A stretch of 64,000 nt of DNA, taken from the NCBI GenBank assembly GCA_002269645.1, contig NIVC01000105.1, positions 917,936 through 981,935 on the forward strand, read 5' to 3'. Under the pieces are notes generated by a model. That model ran no database searches. It was not told where the DNA came from and worked only from the letters and a program-made list of their open reading frames with translations. Made by a program: the position numbers and the translations under genes. This document shows positions 53,601 to 64,000 of the stretch, piece after piece (the stretch's first letter is position 1; each line of letters starts with the position of its first letter). Source of the DNA: Macrostomum lignano (Eukaryota).

Positions 53601-55353
53601 CCGATTTTTGGCCATCGGAGCTAGTGTTACTAGCTCTATTGATAAGGGGAGATAGGGATCCCTGTGACGTTGTCAATTTTAGTAGCCCCGTCAGGGGCCG
53701 TTTTAAAATACGTTACCAATCTGTAATATTGTCAATTTAATGGTCCCGTACTCTCACGTCTGCTTAAAGTAGTGACCAAAGAATTTTAAATAACTTGCGT
53801 ACGTTTGTAAGCCTAATTACAGTAGGCGATCGATAATTTCTGTTTTTCTCGCCGGCCAATCGAAAAGCCGGGCAAAAATTATGTTAGCCTGAAATTAAGT
53901 TCTCCGCGCGCACCCACCCCCAGCCCGCTCTTTATCAGTCCTGTCTGGCTGGGGCGCTCGGGTGTTCCCCTTTCTCCCCTTTCTTTGCCTCTTGCTTTTT
54001 TCTTGTTTACTCGTTAGCCAGCCTTATGCTCCTTAGACCCTTGCCACACCGGCACTCCGTGTTTGCTTGCCTCCTCTCTCCGCCTCACTCCGCCACGGGT
54101 CTAAACCACGCCTCCGCCAAGCCTCAGTCACGCCACCTCAACTGTCTGTACGAGCTCTCGCTGCGAGCACCGCCACCACACGTTCACCGCCATCACACCG
54201 TCACCACCACCACACGTTCACCGCCATCACACCGTCACCATTGCCTCAGGCTCATCGACTCACTCTATCGCCTATTATCTATCTTATTGTTGTGTAGCCG
54301 CCAGTGCATTCCTTACGGATTCAGCAATCACTCTGCCCTATCTCTGTTGACCGCCCAGACGGAACTGATAATAGCAAGCCTAACTATCCTCTCATATTGT
54401 TACAATAAACAAGACTGCGGCCATTGCCCGCATCAGTTGTACTATCATCAAGTGCAACCGCTACAAATTTTGCCTCTGCCGTGTTGTCTTCGTTAATCAT
54501 TTTCGAGTCTGCCGGATAAATCATCACAATCCCACTCGTAAATGTGTATAGTTTTATAGCCCCCATGCTCTAGAAAATTTCGATATTTGCATTGAAACAA
54601 AAATGTCAATCCTTGACCGATTCCGGAATTATTTCGCTCCGTTAAAAACCCTGCTTCCGCCATATTGTAAATTGGATAAATACTCACAACATGAAAGAGG
54701 CGATTGTCTTGGTGACTTGCTCGGCCCCTACTACTTCAAAGCATCCTCTCAATATGGTTTCTGACGAAGCCGAGGTCAAGCAAGACTTCTATAAGGTAAG
54801 TTGACAACTAAGCTGTATTTTTTGTCTTTGTGATGAGGCACTTAATCTTATCTATCTTCGTCTACTATTATGGTTACGGCCTATGCTTTAAACGAGTTAA
54901 AATACTAGGGCTTATTTCTAAATAAGTGAATTGCATAGGCCTAGCCTTGCATTGTGTAGGCCTAAGCTTTTAAGTTTTAGGACCCTAGCGCACGGTCTAA
55001 GTCTTAACTTTTGAGTAGGGCTAATATGATAAAAAATCATCAAGCAAAACTAAATAGTAGGCCCTATTTGTTACTGTTAGCATTGTCTATTCTTAGTATG
55101 GTAGGGGCCTAGGTATCTTGGTATTCTTAGTAGGCCTAGGCCTTATATATCATGAACTAAACTGGCATGTCTCTATGTTAGACATTGCCATTTTATTTAT
55201 TTTATTTTATTTTATAAAAAAACAAATTTATGTAACAAGGCCTACATTCATTTATTGACAAATACATCTAGGCCTAGCCGCCTAGCTAGATCACTAATGT
55301 GCTATAACACTAAAAATCTAGTAAAAGTACTAAAAGTCTAATTAAAACAAAAG

Positions 55354-56356
55354 TGTTACAGGGGTCTTGGGGGAGGGAAGTTATCCTATTGCTGACACCA
55401 ATTCTGTTGTAGGGTGAGGTCGAGGGTTATTGGGAATTTTCAGGGTTTTCTTAGAATTTGGGGCAAACTGCGCAATTTATACTACTAACAAGAATAAGCC
55501 GTAGGTTGCTCCTGGTGGCGTGGTGTGTCCAAGCGGCAAGACACAGTTTCTATTCTCAGTCCGGGAAATATAGATGGGAGAGGGGAATTAAAGGCTTCGC
55601 GATAGATCGGAGTTGCCTGGGAAAGTGTACTAATGGGGAATTTCTAAATACTAATAGGGAATGCTGACAGCATTAGATAAGAAGGCAATCTGCCTAATGA
55701 ATGTGGGAAATTTTGACTAGGAAGGGTTGGGATTGGGAGTGGGGATGCCGAGGAGGGGGGCAGACTGTGTACGTCTAAGGGAATAAGGCTGTACACCTGA
55801 GCAGACAGACTGTCCACTAAAAGGGGGGAGGGGCAGAAGCGGCGGGCGCCAGTTCTGCTAGGAGAAGGGAAAGAGACAAAACTCGGGGGGGGGGGGGCAG
55901 GACTGAACGTCCCTGGGAAAGGGGGAAGAAGTTTTAAACACTTCTAACTGTACAAGCTTCGCAGGGGGAAAGGCGGAACGCCTTTAAATGACTAAGACGG
56001 AGCTATTTTTAGAACAGTGTTCAGTTACAACCGCTGAATAACTAGGCTAGTGGAGGTCTCAGCGAACAAAGCAGTTCAGCAGAGAGGAAGCGAGCTTTTC
56101 TTTTCTCAATTTATTTTCTTGCTTATATAGGATTTGCTAACAAATGGCAGACGCATTTTAACTAATAAAACACTAGATTATACGGTAGGCTACTAATTGA
56201 AACTAATAATTGCTACTAATGACATAAAAAATATTTATTTATGTAGGCACAATAATTTCTTGTAGTTTTTAGAAAAATAGTCGTATTATACGTGAAATCA
56301 GTAGGCAAAATAGACAAAAATAGGCAAAGTAGGCAAAATAATAGGCAACTGTTACA
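55354..56356 (-). repeat. 3' LTR, 1003 bp, TGT...ACA termini
   Basis: 55354 onward matches 63860-64000; the other end tgttaca (56350-56356) is preceded on the minus strand by a purine-rich GCCAGGAAGGCCAGT (PPT-like). The right boundary is inferred from motifs because the 5' LTR is truncated. Confidence 0.8.
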
Positions 56357-56580
56357 ACTGGCCTTCCTGGCTTGATAAATTTAAATATAGTGAGAATTTT
56401 CAAAAACGATACATAGAATAGCAATGATAGAACAAATGGAATAATGTGTATATTTGCAAAAAACGAGAATAATGGAAGCTAATAAAATTGCAGAATAAAT
56501 GTTCATCAGCAATATAACTAATTCAAATTGAGTTTGCTCAGCAGCCGATGCTGATGGGGCCAGCCACATTCTTGGCCTAG

Positions 56581-57547
56581 CTAGCAAATCTCGATCAGCA
56601 AGCTTTGCTCATTGTAGTGGCGCGGACCGCGGCGGAGATCTGTCAGTGCGTAGTGGGCCGCACGCCACCAGGCAGCAACAGCGTGCATTGGCTGCAGACG
56701 GCGAAGATTATGCAGCACTGGCCGCAGCATCTCGCGTTGAGGGAATTCGCGGCCATCTCGGAATCGGCCAGCGTGAATGAAATACAGCTTGATCGCTATA
56801 ACCATACGGCGATAATCGGCGCATTGGGCCTCTGCCAGACTCTCGATAGCCTGCGTAAAATTTCCGCCAATCTCCCGCAGGGGTTGGTCCTGTCTCAAAT
56901 CCAGCCATCAGAGGTGGTGTGCTGGAGTCCAACAGTTCCATCTTGATAGGCGGGACTAGGCGGGGACGCGGTTGGTTTATCAGTCGAACCCCATAAGTCG
57001 ATGGCGGGGTGACTAATGGTTGCTCGGGCTGCTGCTTAGGTGGAGACCTGGATCGGGATCGATGCTTCTGCGATGTTGACGAAGGGCGAGGCCCAAGTCT
57101 CTGGCGGATGGCTGGCCAGGGTGCTTCATTAGTCGTTAACACGATAGCAGATCTGGCATCAGAGGGCTGGCGCTGTATGGTGGTTGGGGGGATGGTGACA
57201 GGGGCATCAGCATGGCGTCGGAGCAATTTAACTCGCTCTTCTGATTGACGGGAGACTGAATCGGCCGGCGATTGGCGATTGGTGATCGGCGATTGACGAT
57301 CAGGGGCGACCAATGGCGGGTGGGCATCTGAGGTAGCTGATGACGAGTGCGCGTCAGAGGTGGACGGCTGCGGCGGGCGAGTCACAACTGAGGCAATGCG
57401 AGGCTTAGGACCTGGCTTGCTTGGCCTTGTGGGCTGGCGCTCAGGGATGGGCAAATCACTGTCTGATTCCTCGTCGAATTCACAGTCATTAGAGTCGCTG
57501 AGACAAAGGTTGTCCTCCAGCTGCTTAAGACTCTCTTCTGAATACAT
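56581..57547 (-). CDS. Accessory ORF of the Gypsy element (acidic and Pro/Ser-rich N-terminus; overlapping frame 56898-56581 encodes a globular-looking C-terminus)
   Basis: 279-aa and 105-aa overlapping ORFs between integrase and 3' LTR, same sense as pol; no signal peptide or TM segment. Confidence 0.55.
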
Positions 57548-57918
57548 TGGGAATCTGATTGCTTAATCAGCGCAGGGTATAAAGATCACTTAGATAGTAA
57601 AAATTTAAAAGTCGGGCTTGACAGTATTAATTAGCGAGAAGTGGGAATTTTGGAGAGCAGAAGGCTTGGGATCTGATTGTGCAATGGCCTAAAAATGCTT
57701 ATATTTACTGACTATTGTTCACAGACAAGGGAGGTCCTCTTTTTTTCGTGACCCACCTCATTTTCTACGCTCTTTGGGCTCTAGTTTCTTTGTTGATCGA
57801 TAATTTGAGGGGTTCTTTGTGCATAGCTAGGGTCTGGGCGAGGGCTTCTTGTGTTCAAAATTTGGGTCTGCCGGGCGAAGGGGGACGGCGAGGGAGGGGT
57901 AGAAAGGTGTAGATGGGC

Positions 57919-58530
57919 TTAATATTCTAGATTGCGCAAGAATCTTACTGCTAATAGTAGGCGGTCTAGATGACAGTTGCAACGCTGTTTATTTTGGGGT
58001 GGGGGCCTTAAATTGTAGGGGTGACAACGCGGGGGTTCAGGATCTCGCGGGACAGGAGAGGGGGGTTGGGGCTGAGGGATCTCTTCGTTTGGGGCCTCAC
58101 TCTCTGACTCATCGGTCATTTCATTCTCTTCCTCTGTTTGGGCTTCACTCCATTCTTCTGGCTGGATTTCATTGTCTTCTTCTTCTAACTCTTCGTTCTC
58201 TTCTTCTCTAATTTGGCATCTCCAATTAATTTCTTCCTCATCAGATTCTTCTTCAGATTCAACTGGTTCGGGCAGGATTAATTTTTGGGAATTTTGGAGG
58301 GGTTGGCCTTCCTTAATTACAGGTTGTCTCTTAGGTTTAGTAGAGATGGGAATTGAAGCGGGAGTGGGAACGGGAGCGGGATTAAAGGCGGAATCAAGGG
58401 CATCTCGCTGGTCTTCCTTAGTGATTCGCTCTGCGGTATAATTTGGGACTGGGGTTAGATTGTCTCGATGCATGAGCATTTCTTTTCCTACTAATTCTCC
58501 TTCTTCTTCTTTCTGGACTTTGAAAACCAC
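57919..58530 (-). pseudogene. Frameshifted C-terminal tail of Gypsy integrase
   Basis: VFKVQ...MLMHRDNLTP and PYNLRP motifs typical of Gypsy integrase tails; acidic low-complexity region. Confidence 0.75.
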
Positions 58531-58605
58531 TTCTGATAGTTGGGCTAAAACTCTAAAGGCGGATCTTTTCTTTCGGTGGAACTTGTGGGATTCTTCGCTA
58601 TCTAG

Positions 58606-61473
58606 CTAGGGGTTATTAATCAGTGCAAGGCAACCTATAGGGATTCTAGGGGGTAGTTTGTTAGTTTCAGCGGCGACTTGTCTTTTCTCTACTACTTTTT
58701 CCAACTTCTTCTTGACTATCTTATGAGCTTCCTCTAATCTTTTGGCATGCTTAGTAATGTAGGCGGGATAGTCAGCGTGTTCTGCTGTACTTCTGATCTG
58801 GGTGTCTAAAGGTAAGGTGGCTTCTCTGCCAAATAACAGGAAGTGAGGGGAAAAACCTGTGGTTGAATTGGGGCTGGTGCGGACTGCTACTAAGGCTGCG
58901 GGAATTAATAAATCCCAATCACCATGATCCTTATTGATCAGACAGGTGATGATTGACTTGACTTGCTTATTGAAACGTTCAATTAGTCCATTAGATTGGG
59001 CATGGTAGGGGGTAGTGAAGGTGTGGCGAATATTATAAAGTTCGCAAAAAGCTTTAAATTGTTTACTAACAAAAGTTTTTCCATTGTCTGTGTGGATCCA
59101 GGTGGGCTGTCCATATTCTGCTACTATCCGTTCAAGTAGTATCTTAATAACTGTGTCTGATTTTTGGTTTCTAATGGGAAAAGCGAAGGGGTATCTAGTT
59201 GTACTGTCAACAACTGTCAGGACATATTTATGACCTCGTTTGCTTTCTTTAGAAATTGGACCGATAATATCTATGTGCAGGCGGCTAAATGCTTCGCCAA
59301 TGGGGAATGACTGGACTGGGGCCTGGACAAAGTGTCCTTTCTTGCTCTCAAGGCAGGGGATGCACTCAGCAATTAATTGCTCAACTGAGGTGCTCAGTCC
59401 AGGTTGCCAAAATCTTTCTCGGATCCTCTGGAGCGTCTTATCTCTTCCTAGATATCCTGCGAGGGGGCTGCAGTGAAGGTCAGTAAAGACTGCTTTATCT
59501 AAGGATGGGGGCAAAACAATTTTGGTTTTTTCATCTTCAGTAATTGTTAATAATTCGTTATCGATTTTCATCAGCGCATAATGCTTACTAATCTTTTCTG
59601 GCATGTCCGGTGATTTGGGAAATTGGCTCAATTTCTGGGCCTTAGCTTCTAATAAAGCTTTAATGATGGGGTCAGCAACTTGGGCTTCTATAATCTGTTC
59701 CTTCTTCAGGGGACTGGGGAGGTAGTCAGTTAATAGTTTCTCACACTTTCCTGTCTCTTCTTCTCTTTCATCTACTTCTCTACCTGAGACAATTAGCTTT
59801 GTCCTAGAGTTGGGACATTCAGGCTGGGTCTCGCTTTCTGTCAGGGCTTCAGGTGACTGGGACATGGGGTTGTCCTTAGTTTCAGCAGGAGCACTCTCAT
59901 CTCTCAGGGGAACAGGGGTCAATTTCTCAACTTTCTCAGGGATTGGCTCAGTTCTCTCAAAATTTTCTTCAGATGCTTCAGGAGGTTCAGGGATCGCTTC
60001 AGCAGGCTCATTGGCTGCGTCAGGGACTTCAGAAACTTCAGGTGCTGTTTCAGCAAGTTCAGGGGCTGCTTCAGGGGATACTTCAGGGGCTTCAGCTATC
60101 TCAGCTGGTCTTCTCGACAATCCGTCAGCATTGGAATGTTTAGCGCCGCTTCTGTGTTCAATGTCGAACCTGAATTCGTTCAGACACTCTATCCATCTAC
60201 CTAGGATTCCGGTTGCTTCAGTTTGTCTCATGAGCCAAATTATCGCTTTATGATCAGTTCGGGCTAAGAATTTCTTGCCAATCAGATAAAATCTGAAACG
60301 CCTCATAGCGTCGACAAGAGCTAACAATTCTTTCCGAGTAATGGGGTATCGTTTCTCTGATTCCTTCATCGCTCTACTAAAATAGGCTATTGGTTGCTCT
60401 ATGCCATCACTCTGGATTTGGCCAAGGCATGCGCCAATCCTGTCGTCACTGGCATCTGTGTTGAGCACCATCTTCACATTCTCATCTTTGACATATTCGG
60501 GGTAGGCTAATACTTCAGTGGACATCATTCGCTGCTTCAGGGACTCAAAGGCTTCGTCATGCACTTTGCTCCACTTAGATTGGAAATTCTGGACTCCTTT
60601 TCGAGTTAATTGGAATAGGGGGTGAGCCACTTCAGCATAATTCTTCACAAATCGGCAATAATAATTGCATAGGCCAAGAAAACTGCGTAATTCTTTTACG
60701 TCTTTGGGACGGGGCCAAGTTTGGATTGCTTCAATCTTCATCTTGTCTGTTTGAATGCCTTGTCGGCCAATCACATGTCCAAGATATTTCAACTTGTGAT
60801 GGAAAAGATTGCACTTTTTGGGTCTCAACTTCAGACCTACGGCAATTAGTCGCTTAAACACTTCTCTTAGGTGTTCTAAATGTTCGGCAAAAGTTTGGGA
60901 GTAGGCGATTATGTCATCGATATAGGACATGGCAAACTTATGTTGGATTCCTAATAGGACTAAATTCATTAGGCGTTGGAAGGTTCCGGGGGCATTGGAA
61001 AGTCCTTGGGCCATTACTTGGTATTCAAATTGGCCTCTAGTTAGGGTGGAGAAGGTGGTTCGATGCTTGTCTTCTTCTTTGATGGGGACTTGCCAGTATC
61101 CTGAGTTTAAATCAAGGCTGCTAAAGTATTGGCTACCAGTTAGGTGGGAGAAGGTCTCTTGGATATTGGGGAGGGGGTAGGGGTAATAATTAACTCTTGA
61201 GTTGAGCACGCGGAAATCGCTCACGATTCTAATAGAACCGTCTTTCTTGGGGACAATTACTAGGGGGGTGGAGTAGGTTGAGTAGCAGGGTCTAATTAGG
61301 TTTTTGGCTAACATATCGTCTAATTGGGCGTCAACTTGCTTTGCAAGTATGGGGGATACGTCTAGCTGGATTCTAACTGGGGTAGGGTCTTTGATAGAGA
61401 TTTGGTGGGTTACTAAGTGTGTCAGGCCCATGTCTAATTCATTCTGGGAAAAGGCTTCACGGTTTTCTTTCAT
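58606..61473 (-). CDS. pol: Gypsy pol: reverse transcriptase, RNase H, integrase core (disrupted at both ends)
   Basis: RT YIDD, RNase H LNTDASD...KELLAL...TDHKA, integrase zinc finger with the second H replaced by Y and C-x2-C, LHIDIIG/HTDNG/NGLIER (DDE); in-frame stop at 61492-61494 just upstream. Confidence 0.96.
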   Translation of the reverse strand: MKENREAFSQNELDMGLTHLVTHQISIKDPTPVRIQLDVSPILAKQVDAQLDDMLAKNLIRPCYSTYSTPLVIVPKKDGSIRIVSDFRVLNSRVNYYPYPLPNIQETFSHLTGSQYFSSLDLNSGYWQVPIKEEDKHRTTFSTLTRGQFEYQVMAQGLSNAPGTFQRLMNLVLLGIQHKFAMSYIDDIIAYSQTFAEHLEHLREVFKRLIAVGLKLRPKKCNLFHHKLKYLGHVIGRQGIQTDKMKIEAIQTWPRPKDVKELRSFLGLCNYYCRFVKNYAEVAHPLFQLTRKGVQNFQSKWSKVHDEAFESLKQRMMSTEVLAYPEYVKDENVKMVLNTDASDDRIGACLGQIQSDGIEQPIAYFSRAMKESEKRYPITRKELLALVDAMRRFRFYLIGKKFLARTDHKAIIWLMRQTEATGILGRWIECLNEFRFDIEHRSGAKHSNADGLSRRPAEIAEAPEVSPEAAPELAETAPEVSEVPDAANEPAEAIPEPPEASEENFERTEPIPEKVEKLTPVPLRDESAPAETKDNPMSQSPEALTESETQPECPNSRTKLIVSGREVDEREEETGKCEKLLTDYLPSPLKKEQIIEAQVADPIIKALLEAKAQKLSQFPKSPDMPEKISKHYALMKIDNELLTITEDEKTKIVLPPSLDKAVFTDLHCSPLAGYLGRDKTLQRIRERFWQPGLSTSVEQLIAECIPCLESKKGHFVQAPVQSFPIGEAFSRLHIDIIGPISKESKRGHKYVLTVVDSTTRYPFAFPIRNQKSDTVIKILLERIVAEYGQPTWIHTDNGKTFVSKQFKAFCELYNIRHTFTTPYHAQSNGLIERFNKQVKSIITCLINKDHGDWDLLIPAALVAVRTSPNSTTGFSPHFLLFGREATLPLDTQIRSTAEHADYPAYITKHAKRLEEAHKIVKKKLEKVVEKRQVAAETNKLPPRIPIGCLALINNP

Positions 61474-61491
61474 TAAGTCTATGACTGCTTT

Positions 61492-62598
61492 TCACTGTTC
61501 ATCCGACATTTCAGGGCCAAGGCTCACTTCATCAATCCAGGAATCTTCAGTACATTGAGTCTGGTTGACTTTCGCAGGGGGTTGGGGGTTGGGAGTTGGG
61601 GTTTGCCAATAGGTCAGGTCTTTAGCTTTCATGGGTCTGGCTAGGCCAATTAGGGAGGTTTTTGTTAAATTCACGTCTACTGGGTGACGGTTAATAATTT
61701 CAACAATTCCTTTGCCTTCTTTCATGGTTACTAAGGTTGGAACCATTTCTAATGAGAAATCACAGGTTTGGATAGTATCGTCAATGGCTTCAATGGTCAT
61801 GGGAGTGCCATAATTCGATTCACAATTCTTGGCTAGCTTCACAGGTATTCGGAAGGCACTATTAGCTGGGATGATTACTCTTTCTTGAGTATAAACTCAA
61901 CAAACTTTCACGGGTAGGCGGGTATACTGCATGGGTATACAGGTACCTTCATTGAGCACTAGCATTCCTTTGGCTAGCTGAATGCTTTCACATTGGGATA
62001 GGAAAAATTCTACTTAGAATATTGTCACAATCATGTCGGCATAGGAGGAAATCAACTTCGATTTGGATATCGCCAAATTTCACTTGGGCGGATACTTCTC
62101 CTAATTGAACTGGGTACCGTCAAATGTACTAATGCTTTTGCTAGTGTCTCGGATTTGATCGGAAAGGATTAGCTTAGACCAGGTTAAGCGGCTCAGGAAA
62201 TTATTTCTGGCGCCTGTGTCTAGCAAGAAATCAATCGATTCTTTCTGGATATCGCTGACTATTACAGCTTCATAGCCTTCTAGCTTGGTTAGGTCGATTT
62301 GGGATGGGGAATTGGGTTTTAGCTTTTGTCGCTTCTTTGAGCGGGTTTCAGCACTGAATAAAGCATTATTGGTTTTAATCGCATGGGATACATGGGGTGC
62401 AAGCGCAGTGGGTACACAGGGTGCGGACACATGATGTACAAAAGCTTTGGTCGCATTGGTTACATGAGAGGCGGTCGCATGGGGGGAATTGTACACATGA
62501 GGGTCATGGGGGGCATTTGGCATAACATCGTCGGCATCATCAAAGGCAAGAAGTGAAAAATTATTGGGGGAGACAGATATCACATTATTTACAGGCAT
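61492..62598 (-). pseudogene. Gypsy aspartic protease and PR-RT linker, interrupted by stops
   Basis: IDFLLDTGARNNFLS (DTG active site) in 62598-62101; linker ORF 61842-61492. Confidence 0.85.
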
Positions 62599-62753
62599 TG
62601 GCTGTACATGGGAGGTTTTGCGAGGATAGCGGAAACCGTACTGGGGAGGTTGCCAGTATTTTGGTTGGGGGGCATTTTTGAATGATGAAGAGGCCGGAGA
62701 GTAAGCAGAATTTTGGCCTGAGGGGCGTGGCCTCTTAACTCGACCCTGGCTTC

Positions 62754-63767
62754 TCAGTTTCCCGACTTCTGGGAGTCACAGGGGTTGCGGAACTTCAGCG
62801 GCTCATATCTTGGGTTAGGGGGCTGATGCTCATTCCTTCTTGGGGTTCACGTCTTGGCGGCTGGTTCATCAGCTGAGGCCTGTACTGCTGCTGAGGTTGC
62901 GGTCTGTACTGCTGCTGGGGTGGCTGTCTGTACTGCTGCTGGGGAGGCTGTCTGTACAGCTGAGGGTTTGGCTGTCTGTGCTGCTGAGGAGGTGGCTGCC
63001 TATACTGTTGCTGGGGGAACACCTGAGATGGCGGGGCGCATTGCGCTGTTTCGGCCAGTTGTTTCTGCAGGTTCTGAATAAGCCTTTCTTGGCAATCAAT
63101 CTTAGTCTGCTGGTCAATGATCAATTGATCGGTTCTGACCTTATTCTCCTCTTTCTCATCTTTAGTCACTCGGATTCCACCTTTGTGGGACATCTGGTAA
63201 GCAGCTTCAATTCTGCGCAGCATTCTACGGGCGGCTTGGAGACTAGCAGGTTGGACAAAAATGAGCTTTTCATGGGTGTCGGGAGGGGTTCTCACACCTT
63301 TGATGAACTGTTCAACCAGTTCTTCCTCTCTTTGCTCAGCATCCATGTTCAGGAATGCACGGGAGGCTAATTCAATCAGGGCATCGGCAAAACTGTCAGT
63401 GGATTCATTTCTGCCTTGGCAGCGATTCCTAAACTCTTCGCGGAATTCGGCGGAGCTACCTTACTTTTCCAAATCTTTCGATTAGTCTTTCTTTGAACTC
63501 TTCATAGGGGAGATTAGCTGGGAAGTTGAGGCGTTGAACTGCTGCAAACGCAGTACTCAGGTCTAAATTGGTAAGCAGTTCCTGCTTCCGGTTTTCTTCT
63601 TCTATGCCTTCATTTTCACATCTCTGGTCAAATGCGGTAAGCCAGATTCTAATATCTTGGCTGGGAAGGTACTTCTGGATCTTCACATGTCTGAGGGGAC
63701 CTAATTCTAAGCGGTTGCGGAGCTCTTCAGCTAAGAGTCCTAGGGCTTTGTTAATTCCTGCAGCCAT
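62754..63767 (-). pseudogene. gag: Gypsy gag, frameshifted
   Basis: ORFs 63767-63456 and 63346-62795 with retrotransposon-gag character (WLTAFDQRC...FKERLIERF; ESTDSFADALIELA; VEQFIKG), QQYRQPP repeats, probable end SGN* at 62754. Confidence 0.85.
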
Positions 63768-63841
63768 TATACTTCAGGGATAGGGGATGGAGAATTATAC
63801 TGGGGTTTGAGTGCGGTTTTCACAGCAGATTCAAATCCTTT

Positions 63842-63854
63842 ACCGCTGCCACCA
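63842..63854 (-). other. Primer-binding site, tRNA-Leu-like
   Basis: Minus strand TGGTGGCAGCGGT, 5 nt inside the 5' LTR; complementary to the tRNA-Leu(AAG/TAG)-type 3' end ACCGCTGCCACCA. Confidence 0.8.
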
Positions 63855-63859
63855 AATTC

Positions 63860-64000
63860 TGTTACAGGGGTCTTGGGGGAGGGAAGTTATCCTATTGCTG
63901 ACACCAATTCTGTTGTAGGGTGAGGTCGAGGGTTATTGGGAATTTTCAGGGTTTTCTTAGAATTCAGGGCGAACTGCGCAATTTATACTACTAACAGGAG
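63860..64000 (-). repeat. 5' LTR (partial, truncated by the window)
   Basis: 141 bp matching 55354-55494 with 5 substitutions. Confidence 0.95.

Larger units (their letters stand above)
55354..64000 (-). mobile_element. Ty3/Gypsy LTR retrotransposon, degenerate; 5' LTR runs off the window end
   Basis: Two LTR copies, PBS, gag-PR-RT-RNaseH-IN order; several stops and frameshifts. Confidence 0.96.

Noticed and set aside
54165-54242. ~31-bp direct duplication (caccacacgttcaccgccatcacaccgtcac)
   Set aside because: Two copies only; consistent with an ordinary local duplication
56581-57547. env gene
   Set aside because: No signal peptide, furin site plus fusion peptide, or TM anchor

Overview
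Eukaryotic (animal) genomic DNA. GC-rich exons, short or minisatellite-filled GT-AG introns and about 30 unrelated tandem arrays are reminiscent of a flatworm such as Macrostomum; the species is inference only. Hand-spliced gene models: (1) the 3' end of a CCSER-like coiled-coil gene (exons 59-787, 1321-1924); (2) a Shaker/Kv1 potassium channel whose core CDS is one exon (29694-31460); (3) three tandem minus-strand pancreatic-lipase-family genes (35562-46549), of which only the most downstream has PLAT exons while the other two end in a conserved 11-nt Gly-Pro-Arg-stop micro-exon; (4) a 161-aa claudin/PMP22-like four-TM gene split by a 1.8-kb minisatellite intron (48287-50612); (5) a degenerate minus-strand Ty3/Gypsy LTR retrotransposon (55354 to past the window end) with a 1003-bp 3' LTR, a tRNA-Leu-like PBS and an extra non-env ORF between pol and the 3' LTR. 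Tandem repeats total roughly 22 kb by hand estimate, mostly in the first 37 kb. They include a 272/273-bp complex unit repeated four times inside a GATA microsatellite. Most long ORFs in the track are repeat-derived artefacts.
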